Virus record (IMG/VR): IMGVR_UViG_3300035703_000008
Coordinates: 144,933 to 208,932 of that record
Direction: 5' to 3' (one strand)
Length of the DNA: 64,000 nucleotides
A program made the position numbers and the translations under genes. Shown in pieces: positions 37,698 to 47,846 of the stretch. Under the pieces are notes generated by a model that saw nothing but the letters and a program-made list of their open reading frames with translations, was not told the origin of the DNA and did not search any database. Every line of letters begins with the position of its first letter. Positions within the stretch are counted from its first letter, which is position 1.

Positions 37698-37970
37698 ATG
37701 ACTTTGGAAAACTGGCATGAACTAGATCGCCGTTTGACCCAGGCAAAAAATGCCTATCTCAGTGTGAACACAGGTACCATGGATCTTTTCCGCATGCACC
37801 GCGCTGCCAGTAGGCTACTACAACAGGCCAACTCTGAGTGGGTCAACTGTAGACATCGTGGACAGGGCAGTGCTAGATTTGATCATTTGCTGACAGAAGC
37901 TGAACAAGTCATAAAGAATTTTGAAGGTCATTGCATGTTGGCTAAACTAATGCACAAGGAGCAGAGATGA
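37698..37970 (+). CDS. hypothetical early protein
   Basis: 90 aa from ATG 37698; ATGA overlap with the next gene. Confidence 0.65.
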   Translation: MTLENWHELDRRLTQAKNAYLSVNTGTMDLFRMHRAASRLLQQANSEWVNCRHRGQGSARFDHLLTEAEQVIKNFEGHCMLAKLMHKEQR

Positions 37971-39115
37971 ACGCTGTGGCACACAAACCCATCAAGACAT
38001 TGATGCCAAAAACCGCGGATGTAAAATACACCGGGCCTGAACCCGAATGGCGCACCCAACCCGATAGCGACAATCGCAACAGCCGCCTGGGAGCAGGGTT
38101 TTACTGGTATGGATACCATTACGGCAAAAAGGAAGTGAAAGAATTCATCATTGATTGGCTTGTCCGCAACGATCGACCAGCAGAAGCCAAAGAATTCGCC
38201 AGGGTGCCCGAATCTGCTGTGCCCAACGTGTATGGTTGGTTGGCTCGCATGAATCTCCGAGGTCTGCAACTCAACGATCACGAGCTGCTCAAGCTCAACG
38301 ATGAGATCAAGTCACATCTCAGTTCTGTACGAGCAGTCAAGGAAGTGGTCAGTAAACCCGAGGAAGCGGTGGCAGCTCGACCCACGATCCAGGATCGACT
38401 ACGAGAGAAGATGTTGGAAGCGGCTGGTGAACTCGAAGGCATGTATGACGCCATGATCCAGGCCGGTGCCAAGATGAGCGCCGATTACAAACCTATCACG
38501 GTTCTGCGTGGCGTGAACGTGGCTCCACAACTCACGTCAGAAATCGTCCAGCAGTGGCGAGCTCGACTCGATGAGCTCGAGCTGGTCATTGAGGGCAAAG
38601 ACGCACAGCTAGTGGAAGGGTATGGCAATTTTGGCAAGCTGCAACTGCGGAATCTAGTCAAGTTCTGCGAGCAGGTCATCTCTGACTGCGGCAGTTATGT
38701 ACAGATCAAGAAGACCGAGCGTGCTCCACGCAAGAAAAAGCCAGTGAGCCCTGAAAAGCTCACAGCCAAATTCAAGTATCTACGAGAATTTGACGAACTC
38801 AAACTGGTCAGTGAACCTGTGACCAAACTGGTTGGCGCCCAAGAGGCCTGGTTGTACGACACCAAGAAACGCAAGCTGATCTATGTGGTAGCCGACACGC
38901 ATGCTGGGTCGTTTACCGTGAAAGGGTCTGCGATCATTGGCTTTGACACCACCAACTCTGTTCAGAAGACCTTGCGTAAGCCACCCGAGCAGATTCCGGC
39001 ATTGTTGAAGGGCGGAGTAGCTCAGCATCGCCGGTATTTCAAAGATATCCGGGCCACCGAAGTCAAATTCAACGGTCGTGGAAACGAGAACTTGGTACTG
39101 TTAAAGATCCGCTAA
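37967..39115 (+). CDS. hypothetical protein (basic C-terminus)
   Basis: 382 aa ORF with RBS AAGGAG; no recognised catalytic motif. Confidence 0.75.
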   Translation: MNAVAHKPIKTLMPKTADVKYTGPEPEWRTQPDSDNRNSRLGAGFYWYGYHYGKKEVKEFIIDWLVRNDRPAEAKEFARVPESAVPNVYGWLARMNLRGLQLNDHELLKLNDEIKSHLSSVRAVKEVVSKPEEAVAARPTIQDRLREKMLEAAGELEGMYDAMIQAGAKMSADYKPITVLRGVNVAPQLTSEIVQQWRARLDELELVIEGKDAQLVEGYGNFGKLQLRNLVKFCEQVISDCGSYVQIKKTERAPRKKKPVSPEKLTAKFKYLREFDELKLVSEPVTKLVGAQEAWLYDTKKRKLIYVVADTHAGSFTVKGSAIIGFDTTNSVQKTLRKPPEQIPALLKGGVAQHRRYFKDIRATEVKFNGRGNENLVLLKIR

Positions 39116-39137
39116 ATACTGGGGCAAGGAGCCCCAA

Positions 39138-39899
39138 ATGGCAGATCAAACGCTGGACCCACTCAAGAAACGACTCATTGAATATGTGCAGCTACAGCTC
39201 GGTGATCAGATCGTCGACATCGAGCTGGACCCGGCTCATTACGAAGCTGCATATCAACGCACGTTAGGTGTGTATCGTCAACGAGCGCAAAATGCCTACG
39301 AAGAAAGCTACAGTTTTCTCAAGCTCTTGGACAATGTCAACGAGTATGTTCTACCACAAGAGGTAAGCCAGGTCCGTAATATCTATCGCAGAAACATCGG
39401 ACTAGGCACTGGCGGTACCGGCAGTAGTTTTGATCCCTTCGCGCAGGCAGCCATGAACATCTATCTCCTGGCCTATGATCAGGCTGGTGGATTGGCCACT
39501 TACGACTTTTACAATCAGTATGTGGAACTAGCGGCTCGCATGTTTGGTGGGTACATCAACTACACATGGAATCCAGTGACCAAGAAGCTGCAACTCATAC
39601 GTGATCCACGCGGATCTGGAGAAGTAGTTCTGCTATGGACCTACAACCTCAGACCCGAGATCGTGCTCCTGAGCGATCATCAGATCAGCCAATGGATACG
39701 AGATCACATGGTGGGTGCTGCCAAATACATCATCGGCGAAGCTCGAGAAAAGTTCGCATCGATCGCAGGACCACAAGGCGGGTCGACACTGAATGGTGCT
39801 GCTATGAAAGCCGAAGGTCAGGCCATGATGGACCGTTGTGTGGAAGATCTCAAACTTTATGTGGATGGAAGTCAGCCCCTGACTTTCGTGATAGGCTGA
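39138..39899 (+). CDS. gp13: neck protein
   Basis: Y..LQLG..IVDIEL, IGEAREKF..I.GPQGG.TLNG..MK.E. Confidence 0.85.
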   Translation: MADQTLDPLKKRLIEYVQLQLGDQIVDIELDPAHYEAAYQRTLGVYRQRAQNAYEESYSFLKLLDNVNEYVLPQEVSQVRNIYRRNIGLGTGGTGSSFDPFAQAAMNIYLLAYDQAGGLATYDFYNQYVELAARMFGGYINYTWNPVTKKLQLIRDPRGSGEVVLLWTYNLRPEIVLLSDHQISQWIRDHMVGAAKYIIGEAREKFASIAGPQGGSTLNGAAMKAEGQAMMDRCVEDLKLYVDGSQPLTFVIG

Positions 39900-40177
39900 T
39901 GCGAGCCAGCGAATTCATCGACGAGCACCGCATGGTTTGGCGCCGCAATCCTCGGACTGGTAAAGTCACTCTACGGTGGCGTTGCGAATCGGGTTGGAGG
40001 AAAAATCGCACAGTGCCAGCAGTCAGCGATTGTGGTAAAGCCCCAGACATCGCGCAGGCACAGCAAATGAAACGCACTCGTGCCAAGACCAAAATCCGGC
40101 AAGCCCGAAGGACCAAGCGTACCAAACGAGTGAATCCATCTAGTAAATTGGCACAAAGACTCAACAAGAGTCGCTAG
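39899..40177 (+). CDS. small basic protein, possible internal head protein
   Basis: start at TGATG overlap; begins MRASEFIDE; R/K-rich. Confidence 0.65.
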   Translation: MRASEFIDEHRMVWRRNPRTGKVTLRWRCESGWRKNRTVPAVSDCGKAPDIAQAQQMKRTRAKTKIRQARRTKRTKRVNPSSKLAQRLNKSR

Positions 40178-40203
40178 ACTTTTTCAAAAAAATCAGCTAT
40201 ACT
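40175..40203 (+). promoter_or_regulatory. sigma70-type promoter
   Basis: TAGACT-17 bp-TATACT, 6 nt before ATG 40210. Confidence 0.55.
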
Positions 40204-40209
40204 ACCAGC

Positions 40210-40740
40210 ATGGCTGATATCATGATTGACATCGAAACCTGCGGCACCGGACCCGACGCCTGCATCCTTACTATCGCGGCACAGTGCTTTGATCCCTTGA
40301 ATCGACACGAGTTTGGCGAATATCGCAGCTACTATGCCAGGATCGATCCTGGTAGCCAACCCAATCGCAGTGTGCAGGATGAAACCATCGCTTGGTGGGC
40401 GACCCAGCCTCCCGAAGCCCAAGAGGAAGCATTTGGCGAAGACAATCGTATACCATTGAAACAAAGCCTGGAAGAGTTGGGCAAGTTGATCTGGCAAAGC
40501 AAACGATTCTGGGCCAACGGTCCCACATTTGATGCCAACATACTCGAGCATGCCTACAAAGAAGCTGGTATGGCCCTGCCCTGGAAATTTTTCGTGGTCA
40601 GAGATGCTCGCACAGTGTATGGGCTATGTCCCACCCTTGACAAGTATCCAGCCAGCCATCATGCCCTAGAGGATTGCCGCAGGCAGATCTATCTACTCTG
40701 GGACAGCCTAGAAACACTCAAAGTAAAGGAATTGGTGTGA
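40210..40740 (+). CDS. DEDDh 3'-5' exonuclease (DexA-like)
   Basis: MIDIET, WANG.TFD, RDART, HHALED. Confidence 0.88.
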   Translation: MADIMIDIETCGTGPDACILTIAAQCFDPLNRHEFGEYRSYYARIDPGSQPNRSVQDETIAWWATQPPEAQEEAFGEDNRIPLKQSLEELGKLIWQSKRFWANGPTFDANILEHAYKEAGMALPWKFFVVRDARTVYGLCPTLDKYPASHHALEDCRRQIYLLWDSLETLKVKELV

Positions 40741-41228
40741 ACTTTTTCATTGACATGGATGATGTGGTAGCTGACTGGCGTGCGCAGGCCCAGACCTTTC
40801 TGGGCATCGAATGGGACCGAGAATCCAACGAACGCATTCCGCAAACAGACTGGGATCGACTCACCCAGAATGAGAGATTCTACCTGGATCTCCCAGTTCG
40901 TGAAGGCGCCACTGAACTCATGTCTTGGATGACAAAGAGACAGCGCAGCACCGGCGATGGAGTATTCTTCCTCACAGCAATACCACACGATTACAGCATG
41001 CCCTATGCGGCCCAAGACAAGGTCTGGTGGGCATATCGATATTTTCCCGATGTTCCTGTGTTTTTTGGACCATTTAGCCACGACAAATGGCGACATTGCT
41101 GCCCCGGCGATGTTCTCATCGACGATCGGTCCAGCAACTGCGGAGAATGGACTTCGGCAGGAGGGCGTGCCCATGTGTATCGAGATTGGGCATCATGCAA
41201 ACTCTGGCTCGAGGAGACACTGGCATGA
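40737..41228 (+). CDS. HAD-family 5'(3')-deoxyribonucleotidase
   Basis: IDMDDVVAD, FLTA, K, LIDDR..N..EW. Confidence 0.85.
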   Translation: MNFFIDMDDVVADWRAQAQTFLGIEWDRESNERIPQTDWDRLTQNERFYLDLPVREGATELMSWMTKRQRSTGDGVFFLTAIPHDYSMPYAAQDKVWWAYRYFPDVPVFFGPFSHDKWRHCCPGDVLIDDRSSNCGEWTSAGGRAHVYRDWASCKLWLEETLA

Positions 41229-41860
41229 TTATTGGAGTTTGCGGCCTCATCGGTGCCGGCAAAGACACAGTGGCCGACTATCTAGTCAACGTACACGAGT
41301 TTCGCAGGGATAGTTTTGCAGCCACACTCAAAGATGCCGTGAGTGCTGTGTTTGGCTGGGATCGTGACATGCTGGAAGGACGCACTAAAAGCAGCCGGGA
41401 ATGGCGGGAACAGGTAGATCCATGGTGGAGCCAACGCCTGGGAATACCGCAACTGTCGCCTCGCTGGGTACTACAGCAGTGGGGAACCAATGTGCTTAGA
41501 CAAGGTTTCCACGATGACATCTGGATCGCTAGCGTGGAGAACAAGATAAGGAATTCCTCTGATGATGTGGTGATATCTGACTGTAGATTCCCCAATGAGA
41601 TTGATGCCATACGCAGTGCCGGCGGCATAGTAGTACGTGTGGTAAGGGGCAAAGATCCCAGCTGGTTTGACCAGGCCCGCAGCCATCTGATGTCAGGCAA
41701 TGATTTACCCGATGATGCTCCGCACTCCAGCGAGTGGGCCTGGGCTGCCACTGAATTTGACTATATCGTTGACAACAACGGCAGCATGGATGAGCTTTAT
41801 ATCCAGCTCAACGATCTGGTTCGATGTCTCCGGGTCGCCAAGGTAGATCCAGCTTTGTGA
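41225..41860 (+). CDS. gp1: deoxynucleoside monophosphate kinase (T4 gp1-like)
   Basis: IIGVCGLIGAGKDT, FA..LK, PRWVLQQWGT, ISDCRFPNE, HSSE. Confidence 0.9.
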   Translation: MIIGVCGLIGAGKDTVADYLVNVHEFRRDSFAATLKDAVSAVFGWDRDMLEGRTKSSREWREQVDPWWSQRLGIPQLSPRWVLQQWGTNVLRQGFHDDIWIASVENKIRNSSDDVVISDCRFPNEIDAIRSAGGIVVRVVRGKDPSWFDQARSHLMSGNDLPDDAPHSSEWAWAATEFDYIVDNNGSMDELYIQLNDLVRCLRVAKVDPAL

Positions 41861-42152
41861 TCTCTTCGATGCAGTTGAGGCACACAGTTTTAAGATTTCT
41901 CAGTTCACAGTCGTTGAGATCACCGTTGACATGATATACCACGAGTTGAGTTCGGTATCTTGCTATGAAGCCACATCGATCGCATGTGGCTTTCTTTTTA
42001 TATCCTGCTAGTTCCCAACGTGGTTTGGGCTTCTTGAGATTCTTCCCGCGCCTAATACAGGACGAACACCGGCTACGATAGTAGATTTTGCCACGATGAT
42101 ATCCATTGATGGCAGCGAGATTTTTACCACAGACTTGACATAAAGGACGCAT
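41808..42152 (-). CDS. Zn-finger/HNH-like protein
   Basis: four CxxC pairs; YHVNGD..D....NL..VCLNC degenerate HNH motif. Confidence 0.7.
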   Translation of the reverse strand: MRPLCQVCGKNLAAINGYHRGKIYYRSRCSSCIRRGKNLKKPKPRWELAGYKKKATCDRCGFIARYRTQLVVYHVNGDLNDCELRNLKTVCLNCIEEITKLDLPWRPGDIEPDR

Positions 42153-42250
42153 AGCGGTATTTAGCGACGCGGACCTTAATTAAGGCACCTGTTCACGGCA
42201 TTTTTTTGGCTCACCAATAAATATGCTTAACCATTAAAAAGGATGAAAAT

Positions 42251-45200
42251 ATGGCACTTGTATCTCCTGGCGTAGAAGTTACCATCATTGATGAAAGTAA
42301 CTATCTTCCTGCCTCAACAAATTCGGTACCCTATATCCTGCTCGCCACAGCCCAGAACAAGGCTTCAGGCACAGGACTAGGCGTCGCAGCTGGCACACTC
42401 AAAGTCAATGCTGGTAAAGTATACCTCATCACCAGCCAGCGAGATCTAGCAGCGACTTTTGGAAACCCTTTCTTCTACAAAACATCGGCTGGTACTCCCA
42501 TCAACGGTTACGAGCTCAACGAATATGGATTGTTGGCAGCACATTCGGTGCTGGGAATCAGCAATCGTGCCTACATCCAGCGAGCTGACATTGACCTCAG
42601 CGAGCTCACAGCTACCCTGGTCCGACCCACAGGTGCTCCAGCCAATGGCACATATTGGCTAGATACCACACAAACTCAGTGGGGCATTTTTGAATGGAAC
42701 CAAGCCACTGGTGCATTCTCTTCTAAAACTCCCATCGTGATCACAGATTCCTCGCAGATCACCGGTAATGCTCCCAAACAAGAGATTGGTGCCATTGGTG
42801 ACTATGCTGTTAATGCAGTAAGCGTATTCAACCCCATTTACAAGAAGCAGTCCAACAACGCCTGGGTGCTGGTAGGATCTAATCTTTGGAAATCGGGTCT
42901 GATCACTGTGCAGGGAACTAACACAGTTTCGGGCGCGACATTGACCCCCGGTGATTATCTCATCATCAACGGCGTTACAGTGTCGGTGCCTTCCGCAGGC
43001 ACAGTGGCATCATTTGTATCTGCAGTAAATTCGGCTGCCATCACCGGAGTCACAAGCACAGTGGGCACCAACGACACTTTCCAGCTTCGTGCTGATTCTA
43101 CTGCTGAAAGCGATGGATCTTCGGGCGGCGGAGGAATTATCGTGATCGATGATTCAAGTTCGTCGGGCCTGCTCGACGATCTCGGTATTGATCTCAGCGT
43201 CAACAATATATTCCTTGCCCCAGATCTGCAGCAGGGCTACAATTACCAAGCTCCGAGATGGAAAACCGGTGACACCGACGGTGGTCGTCCCACTGGATCT
43301 GTATGGCAGATCATGAATCCTGTAAATCAAGGTGCCAACATCGTTCTCAAACAGTACGACGATGCTGTGGGCGATTATCTCGTCAAAGATGTTTCTTTGT
43401 TCAATACCTGGGCTAACATTCTTTACGGTCTCGATCCTGCAGGCGGCGGTAAGAATATTCCCCTTGGCACACACATTGGTCTGGTTGACGCTTATCCAGT
43501 GCCCAGTGGCTCCGACTTTCTCAACACTGGTACGATAGAACTGTTCTATTCTTACAACGCAGGTCAAACAGTGGTCACAGCCGACGACACCAATCCTGAA
43601 TTTGAATCCGGTGACGAACTGGACATTATTTTCTCTCAAGCCGGCACAGCCGCATTGACCACAGTGAGCGTGACCCTGAGCGGTACTACTGCTGCTAGTT
43701 TTGTCACAGATGTCAATACCCAGTTAGGAGGATATCCGGTGTCAGCACTGATTTCGTCTACTGGTGCTATTTCATTCATACACACCGAAGGCGGATTTAT
43801 CGTACTCCGAGATATCACAGGCACGCCCACAGCAGATGCTGGATTCAACGTCGATGTGGAAGGTGTCTGGAGATATCCATTTGGTGGCCGTCTTCTCAGC
43901 AACTTTGAAGTGTTTGAGTACACAGCTTCGAGCACAGCTCCCAGTGTAGATCCTGCCGATGGACGTTTGTGGTATTACAGTGCTACCAACCAAGTAGACA
44001 TCATGATCCAGGACGGTGGTGAGTGGAAAGGTTATCGCACAGTCAGCAACGACTATCGTAACTACAATCTCACACTTACAGACCCAGCAGGTCCTATCAT
44101 CTCGGCTTCGGAGCCCACTGAGCAGAGCGACGGCACCGATCTCGTCTACGGCGATCTCTGGATTGATACCAGCGATCTCGAGCAGTATCCCATCATCAAG
44201 CGTTGGGAAAACGTGGGTGGCGTCGACCAGTGGGTGACCATAGTCAACAGCGATCAGACCACCAGTAACGGTGTGTTGTTTGCTGATGCACGTTGGGCAC
44301 CTAACGGTACCACAGATCCCATCACCGGCGACTATCCCACTATCACCAGTCTCCTGACCAGCAACTATCTTGACATTGACGCTCCAGATTCCACGCTCTA
44401 TCCTGAAGGTATGTTGCTGTGGAATACACGTCGTTCGGGATTCAACGTCAAGAGCTTCCAGGTTGGATATTTCAATGCCAGTGACTTCTCTGTGGCCAAC
44501 TATTCTTCGGTGACCAGCTATGCTGTAGGCGACAAGGTGCTTTATAATGCCGTGATCTATGTGTGTATCGCTGCCAGTACCGGCAACGTTCCCACAAACA
44601 CCACTTACTGGAGCCCCATTGAGACCAATGCTTGGGTAAATGCTTCGGGCAACCGCACTGACGGCTCGCCTTACATGGGTCGTAAAGCTGTGCGTGAGCT
44701 GGTTGTGCGCGCTCTCAAATCCGCGATCGACACACAAGATACCTTGCGTGAAGAGCAGAACGAGTTCAATCTCATCGCATGCCCACAGTATCCTGAACTG
44801 ATGACCAACATGGTGGCACTCAACAACGAGCGCAGCAACACAGCATTCGTGATCGGTGACACACCTTTGCGTCTTGGACCTTCGGGCAACGATCTCGTGA
44901 GCTGGGCCACCAACCAAGGCGGTCTAGGACTGGGCGGCGAAGATGGTATCACTACCAGCGATCCTTATCTCGCTGTGTTCTATCCCCAGTGCTTGACCAC
45001 CGACCTTGGTGGAAGTCCTGTGGTACAGCCAGCCAGTCACATGATGCTGCGTACATTCGTCCGCAACGACGAAGTGGCCTATCCATGGTTGGCACCCGCA
45101 GGTGTACGCCGCGGTGTGGTCGACAATGCCACTGCCATTGGCTATGTGAATGCCCAGACCGGCGAGTTCACTACGATCGCCACAGGCCAGGGTGTGCGTG

Positions 45201-45643
45201 ATGTGCTTTACACCAACAAGATTAACCCAATCACGTTCATCCCGGGTGTAGGCATCACCAACTACGGTAACAAGACTGAATCAGCCATCGCCAGTGCTCT
45301 GGATAGAATCAATGTGGCACGTTTGGTAGCATTCATCCGCGGCAGACTCAACGAGATCGGCAAGCAGTTTGTGTTTGAGCCCAACGATCAGATCACACGC
45401 AACGAGATCACCAATGCCATCGATGGACTCATGATCGACTTGGTGGCCAAGCGTGGTATCTATGACTATCTGATCGTGTGTGACGAAAGCAACAACACAC
45501 CAGCTCGAATCGATAGAAACGAACTCTATGTTGACATCGCTATTGAGCCTGTCAAAGCTGTTGAGTTTATCTACATTCCTGTGCGAATCAAGAACACAGG
45601 CGAGATCGCAGCCGGTGAAGTTGCCAGCTCAGCCACCACTTAA
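42251..45643 (+). CDS. gp18: tail sheath protein with large central insertion
   Basis: LVSPGVEV..IDES, PWLAPAGVRRG, LYTNKINPI, GNKT, LDRINVARL, FEPND, IEPVKAVEFI. Confidence 0.95.
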   Translation: MALVSPGVEVTIIDESNYLPASTNSVPYILLATAQNKASGTGLGVAAGTLKVNAGKVYLITSQRDLAATFGNPFFYKTSAGTPINGYELNEYGLLAAHSVLGISNRAYIQRADIDLSELTATLVRPTGAPANGTYWLDTTQTQWGIFEWNQATGAFSSKTPIVITDSSQITGNAPKQEIGAIGDYAVNAVSVFNPIYKKQSNNAWVLVGSNLWKSGLITVQGTNTVSGATLTPGDYLIINGVTVSVPSAGTVASFVSAVNSAAITGVTSTVGTNDTFQLRADSTAESDGSSGGGGIIVIDDSSSSGLLDDLGIDLSVNNIFLAPDLQQGYNYQAPRWKTGDTDGGRPTGSVWQIMNPVNQGANIVLKQYDDAVGDYLVKDVSLFNTWANILYGLDPAGGGKNIPLGTHIGLVDAYPVPSGSDFLNTGTIELFYSYNAGQTVVTADDTNPEFESGDELDIIFSQAGTAALTTVSVTLSGTTAASFVTDVNTQLGGYPVSALISSTGAISFIHTEGGFIVLRDITGTPTADAGFNVDVEGVWRYPFGGRLLSNFEVFEYTASSTAPSVDPADGRLWYYSATNQVDIMIQDGGEWKGYRTVSNDYRNYNLTLTDPAGPIISASEPTEQSDGTDLVYGDLWIDTSDLEQYPIIKRWENVGGVDQWVTIVNSDQTTSNGVLFADARWAPNGTTDPITGDYPTITSLLTSNYLDIDAPDSTLYPEGMLLWNTRRSGFNVKSFQVGYFNASDFSVANYSSVTSYAVGDKVLYNAVIYVCIAASTGNVPTNTTYWSPIETNAWVNASGNRTDGSPYMGRKAVRELVVRALKSAIDTQDTLREEQNEFNLIACPQYPELMTNMVALNNERSNTAFVIGDTPLRLGPSGNDLVSWATNQGGLGLGGEDGITTSDPYLAVFYPQCLTTDLGGSPVVQPASHMMLRTFVRNDEVAYPWLAPAGVRRGVVDNATAIGYVNAQTGEFTTIATGQGVRDVLYTNKINPITFIPGVGITNYGNKTESAIASALDRINVARLVAFIRGRLNEIGKQFVFEPNDQITRNEITNAIDGLMIDLVAKRGIYDYLIVCDESNNTPARIDRNELYVDIAIEPVKAVEFIYIPVRIKNTGEIAAGEVASSATT

Positions 45644-45660
45644 CGGCACCGCTAGACCAG

Positions 45661-45690
45661 AAAATGGGGGTTTCGACCCCCATTTTTTTT
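45661..45690 (+). terminator. intrinsic terminator after gp18
   Basis: AAAATGGGGGT-TTCG-ACCCCCATTTTTTTT. Confidence 0.9.
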
Positions 45691-45733
45691 GGCCGAGATA
45701 GTTCATAAATATCTACATATAGGAGAGACCATT

Positions 45734-46351
45734 ATGGCCGTTTCATCGCTAACAAGAATGACAGTGCCGCTGGCCAGCGACCAATCCGCTTCGGCCCAGG
45801 GCCTTCTCATGCCCAAGCTCAAATATCGGTTCCGTACCATGTTTGAGAACTTTGGTGTGAGCACACCACGTACCGAGCTTACCAAGCAAGTGATCGATTT
45901 TACTCGACCTTCGGTGAGCTTCGACGAGATCGTACTGGATGTCTACAACAGCCGACTTTATCTGGCAGGCAAGCACACCTGGGAGCAGGTCACGGTCAAC
46001 GTCCGCGACGATGCATCGGGTTCTGTGGCACGCCTGGTAGGCGAGCAACTCCAGAAGCAGTTGGACTTCATGGAGCAGGCTTCGGCAGCTTCAGGCATCG
46101 ATTACAAGTTTGTCACTCGTTGTGAAATACTCGACGGCGGCAATGGCACAGCACAACCCATCGTTCTCGAAAACTGGGAACTATATGGCTGCATGTTGAC
46201 ATCAGTGAACTACAACGATCTCAACTACGCCAGCAGCGAAGCAGTGACCATCACCATGAACATCCGATTCGACAATGCTGTACAGACTCCCATCGGTTCA
46301 GGTGTTGGTGCCACAGTAGCACGGACAGTCAACGACGTAGTCACAGGATAA
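45734..46351 (+). CDS. gp19: tail tube protein
   Basis: PKLKYRFR, Y.AGKHTWE......D, WELYGC, L.Y.......I...I.FD; follows the sheath gene; AGGAG RBS. Confidence 0.88.
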   Translation: MAVSSLTRMTVPLASDQSASAQGLLMPKLKYRFRTMFENFGVSTPRTELTKQVIDFTRPSVSFDEIVLDVYNSRLYLAGKHTWEQVTVNVRDDASGSVARLVGEQLQKQLDFMEQASAASGIDYKFVTRCEILDGGNGTAQPIVLENWELYGCMLTSVNYNDLNYASSEAVTITMNIRFDNAVQTPIGSGVGATVARTVNDVVTG

Positions 46352-46358
46352 TCCTGCC

Positions 46359-47483
46359 ATGGCCTTTGGGCAGGATTTCCTCAAAGCCTTCTTTGGGAAC
46401 GACTATCTCAAAGATTATACTCACGCGGCGAAGACGTTCCGTAGCAATGGCTACGCGAACGCTCCTCGCTTCAAGTTTCTTTTCCATGTGTATTTCAATC
46501 TCAATACCGCAGAGATTCCAGCTCTGCGTACCATATTTGATGCTGGTGAAACTTCAACCATTGGTCTCTTGGTCAAGAACATAGATCTACCGCAGTACAA
46601 GTTAGAAGTTGACACGCTCAATCAGTACAATCGCAAACGTCTGGTTCAGAAGAAAATCAACTACGAACCAGTAAAAGTCACGTTCCACGACGACGGCGGC
46701 GATCTCATACGCAACCTCTGGTACAACTACTACGCTTACTATTATAAAGACCCCAATCAACCTTATCGTGGGCAGTCGGCCACCAACGGTACCATGGGTC
46801 TCAATGCCAATCGTGCCGCTGGATTCAGCTACAACGATCGAGATATCTACACCAATTCAAGACCAGTCAATGACTGGGGATTCGTGGGCGAAGCCTATGC
46901 TGATGGCACCAATAGTTCAGGTGGCAAGCCGGCTTTCTTCAAAGACATCTCCATATACGGATTTGATCAGCACAAGTTTGTGGAATATGTGTTGATCAAC
47001 CCCATGATCACAGACTGGCGTCACGACAACTACGACTACAGCCAAGGCGACGGCATCATGGAAAATACCATGACCGTGGCCTACGAAACTGTGAAATACT
47101 ATTCAGGAGCTATTGGTGCTGTGAGACCCGACACCAATGTGCAGGGCTTCGCAGACCCCAACACCTACGACCAAGTCAAGAGTCCGTTGTCAAGGCCGGG
47201 TGGTACACAGAGTATATTGGGCCAAGGTGGATTAGTGGATGCTGGTATCGGTATCTACGAAGATCTACAGACCGGCACCGTGGCCAGCTTGATCGGTGCC
47301 GCGCAGAAAGCTGGAACAGCCTACAATACTTTCAAAGGTGCTAACCTACAAGCAGTGGTCAACCAGACCGCGATTGATTCTGCTAAATCAGTGATACAAA
47401 CTGGACTGCCTGGTGCATTGAGATCACAACCAGCACAAGAGATCTTAAATGCACCGGTTTTCCCAACACCACCGCGAGACTAA
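46359..47483 (+). CDS. tube-fold baseplate protein (gp54/gp48-like)
   Basis: LVK.IDLP......NQYNRKR......Y.PV...FHDD; follows the tail tube gene. Confidence 0.7.
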   Translation: MAFGQDFLKAFFGNDYLKDYTHAAKTFRSNGYANAPRFKFLFHVYFNLNTAEIPALRTIFDAGETSTIGLLVKNIDLPQYKLEVDTLNQYNRKRLVQKKINYEPVKVTFHDDGGDLIRNLWYNYYAYYYKDPNQPYRGQSATNGTMGLNANRAAGFSYNDRDIYTNSRPVNDWGFVGEAYADGTNSSGGKPAFFKDISIYGFDQHKFVEYVLINPMITDWRHDNYDYSQGDGIMENTMTVAYETVKYYSGAIGAVRPDTNVQGFADPNTYDQVKSPLSRPGGTQSILGQGGLVDAGIGIYEDLQTGTVASLIGAAQKAGTAYNTFKGANLQAVVNQTAIDSAKSVIQTGLPGALRSQPAQEILNAPVFPTPPRD

Positions 47484-47486
47484 TCC

Positions 47487-47846
47487 ATGGGCAGTGTAAA
47501 CGTACTCAACCCCAACGTTGATCAGACCGTGCGAGTCTACGACAACTTCTACAGATTTGAAGTGGTAGTAGATGCCAATACCTGGGATCAGGTCTACAGC
47601 TATTTCCGATCAGTGTATTCCGACGATGCTATTGCTAACAATTTTGCTACTTCACTGTTTCGCATCGCTGAAAAAACTGCCACACCTGTGCTGACCTTGC
47701 TGCAGAGCATACAAGGACAAAACTCTGTGCAACTCACAGCCACAGTGTGTTATTATCTCAATGGACTACGCAGTCCATCCACGCTCCTGGGAGTGAACGG
47801 AAGGGTCACACCCAATATCTGGGCGGCCAGGAATGTGCTGTCGTGA
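47487..47846 (+). CDS. hypothetical protein
   Basis: 119 aa ORF in the late operon. Confidence 0.7.
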   Translation: MGSVNVLNPNVDQTVRVYDNFYRFEVVVDANTWDQVYSYFRSVYSDDAIANNFATSLFRIAEKTATPVLTLLQSIQGQNSVQLTATVCYYLNGLRSPSTLLGVNGRVTPNIWAARNVLS

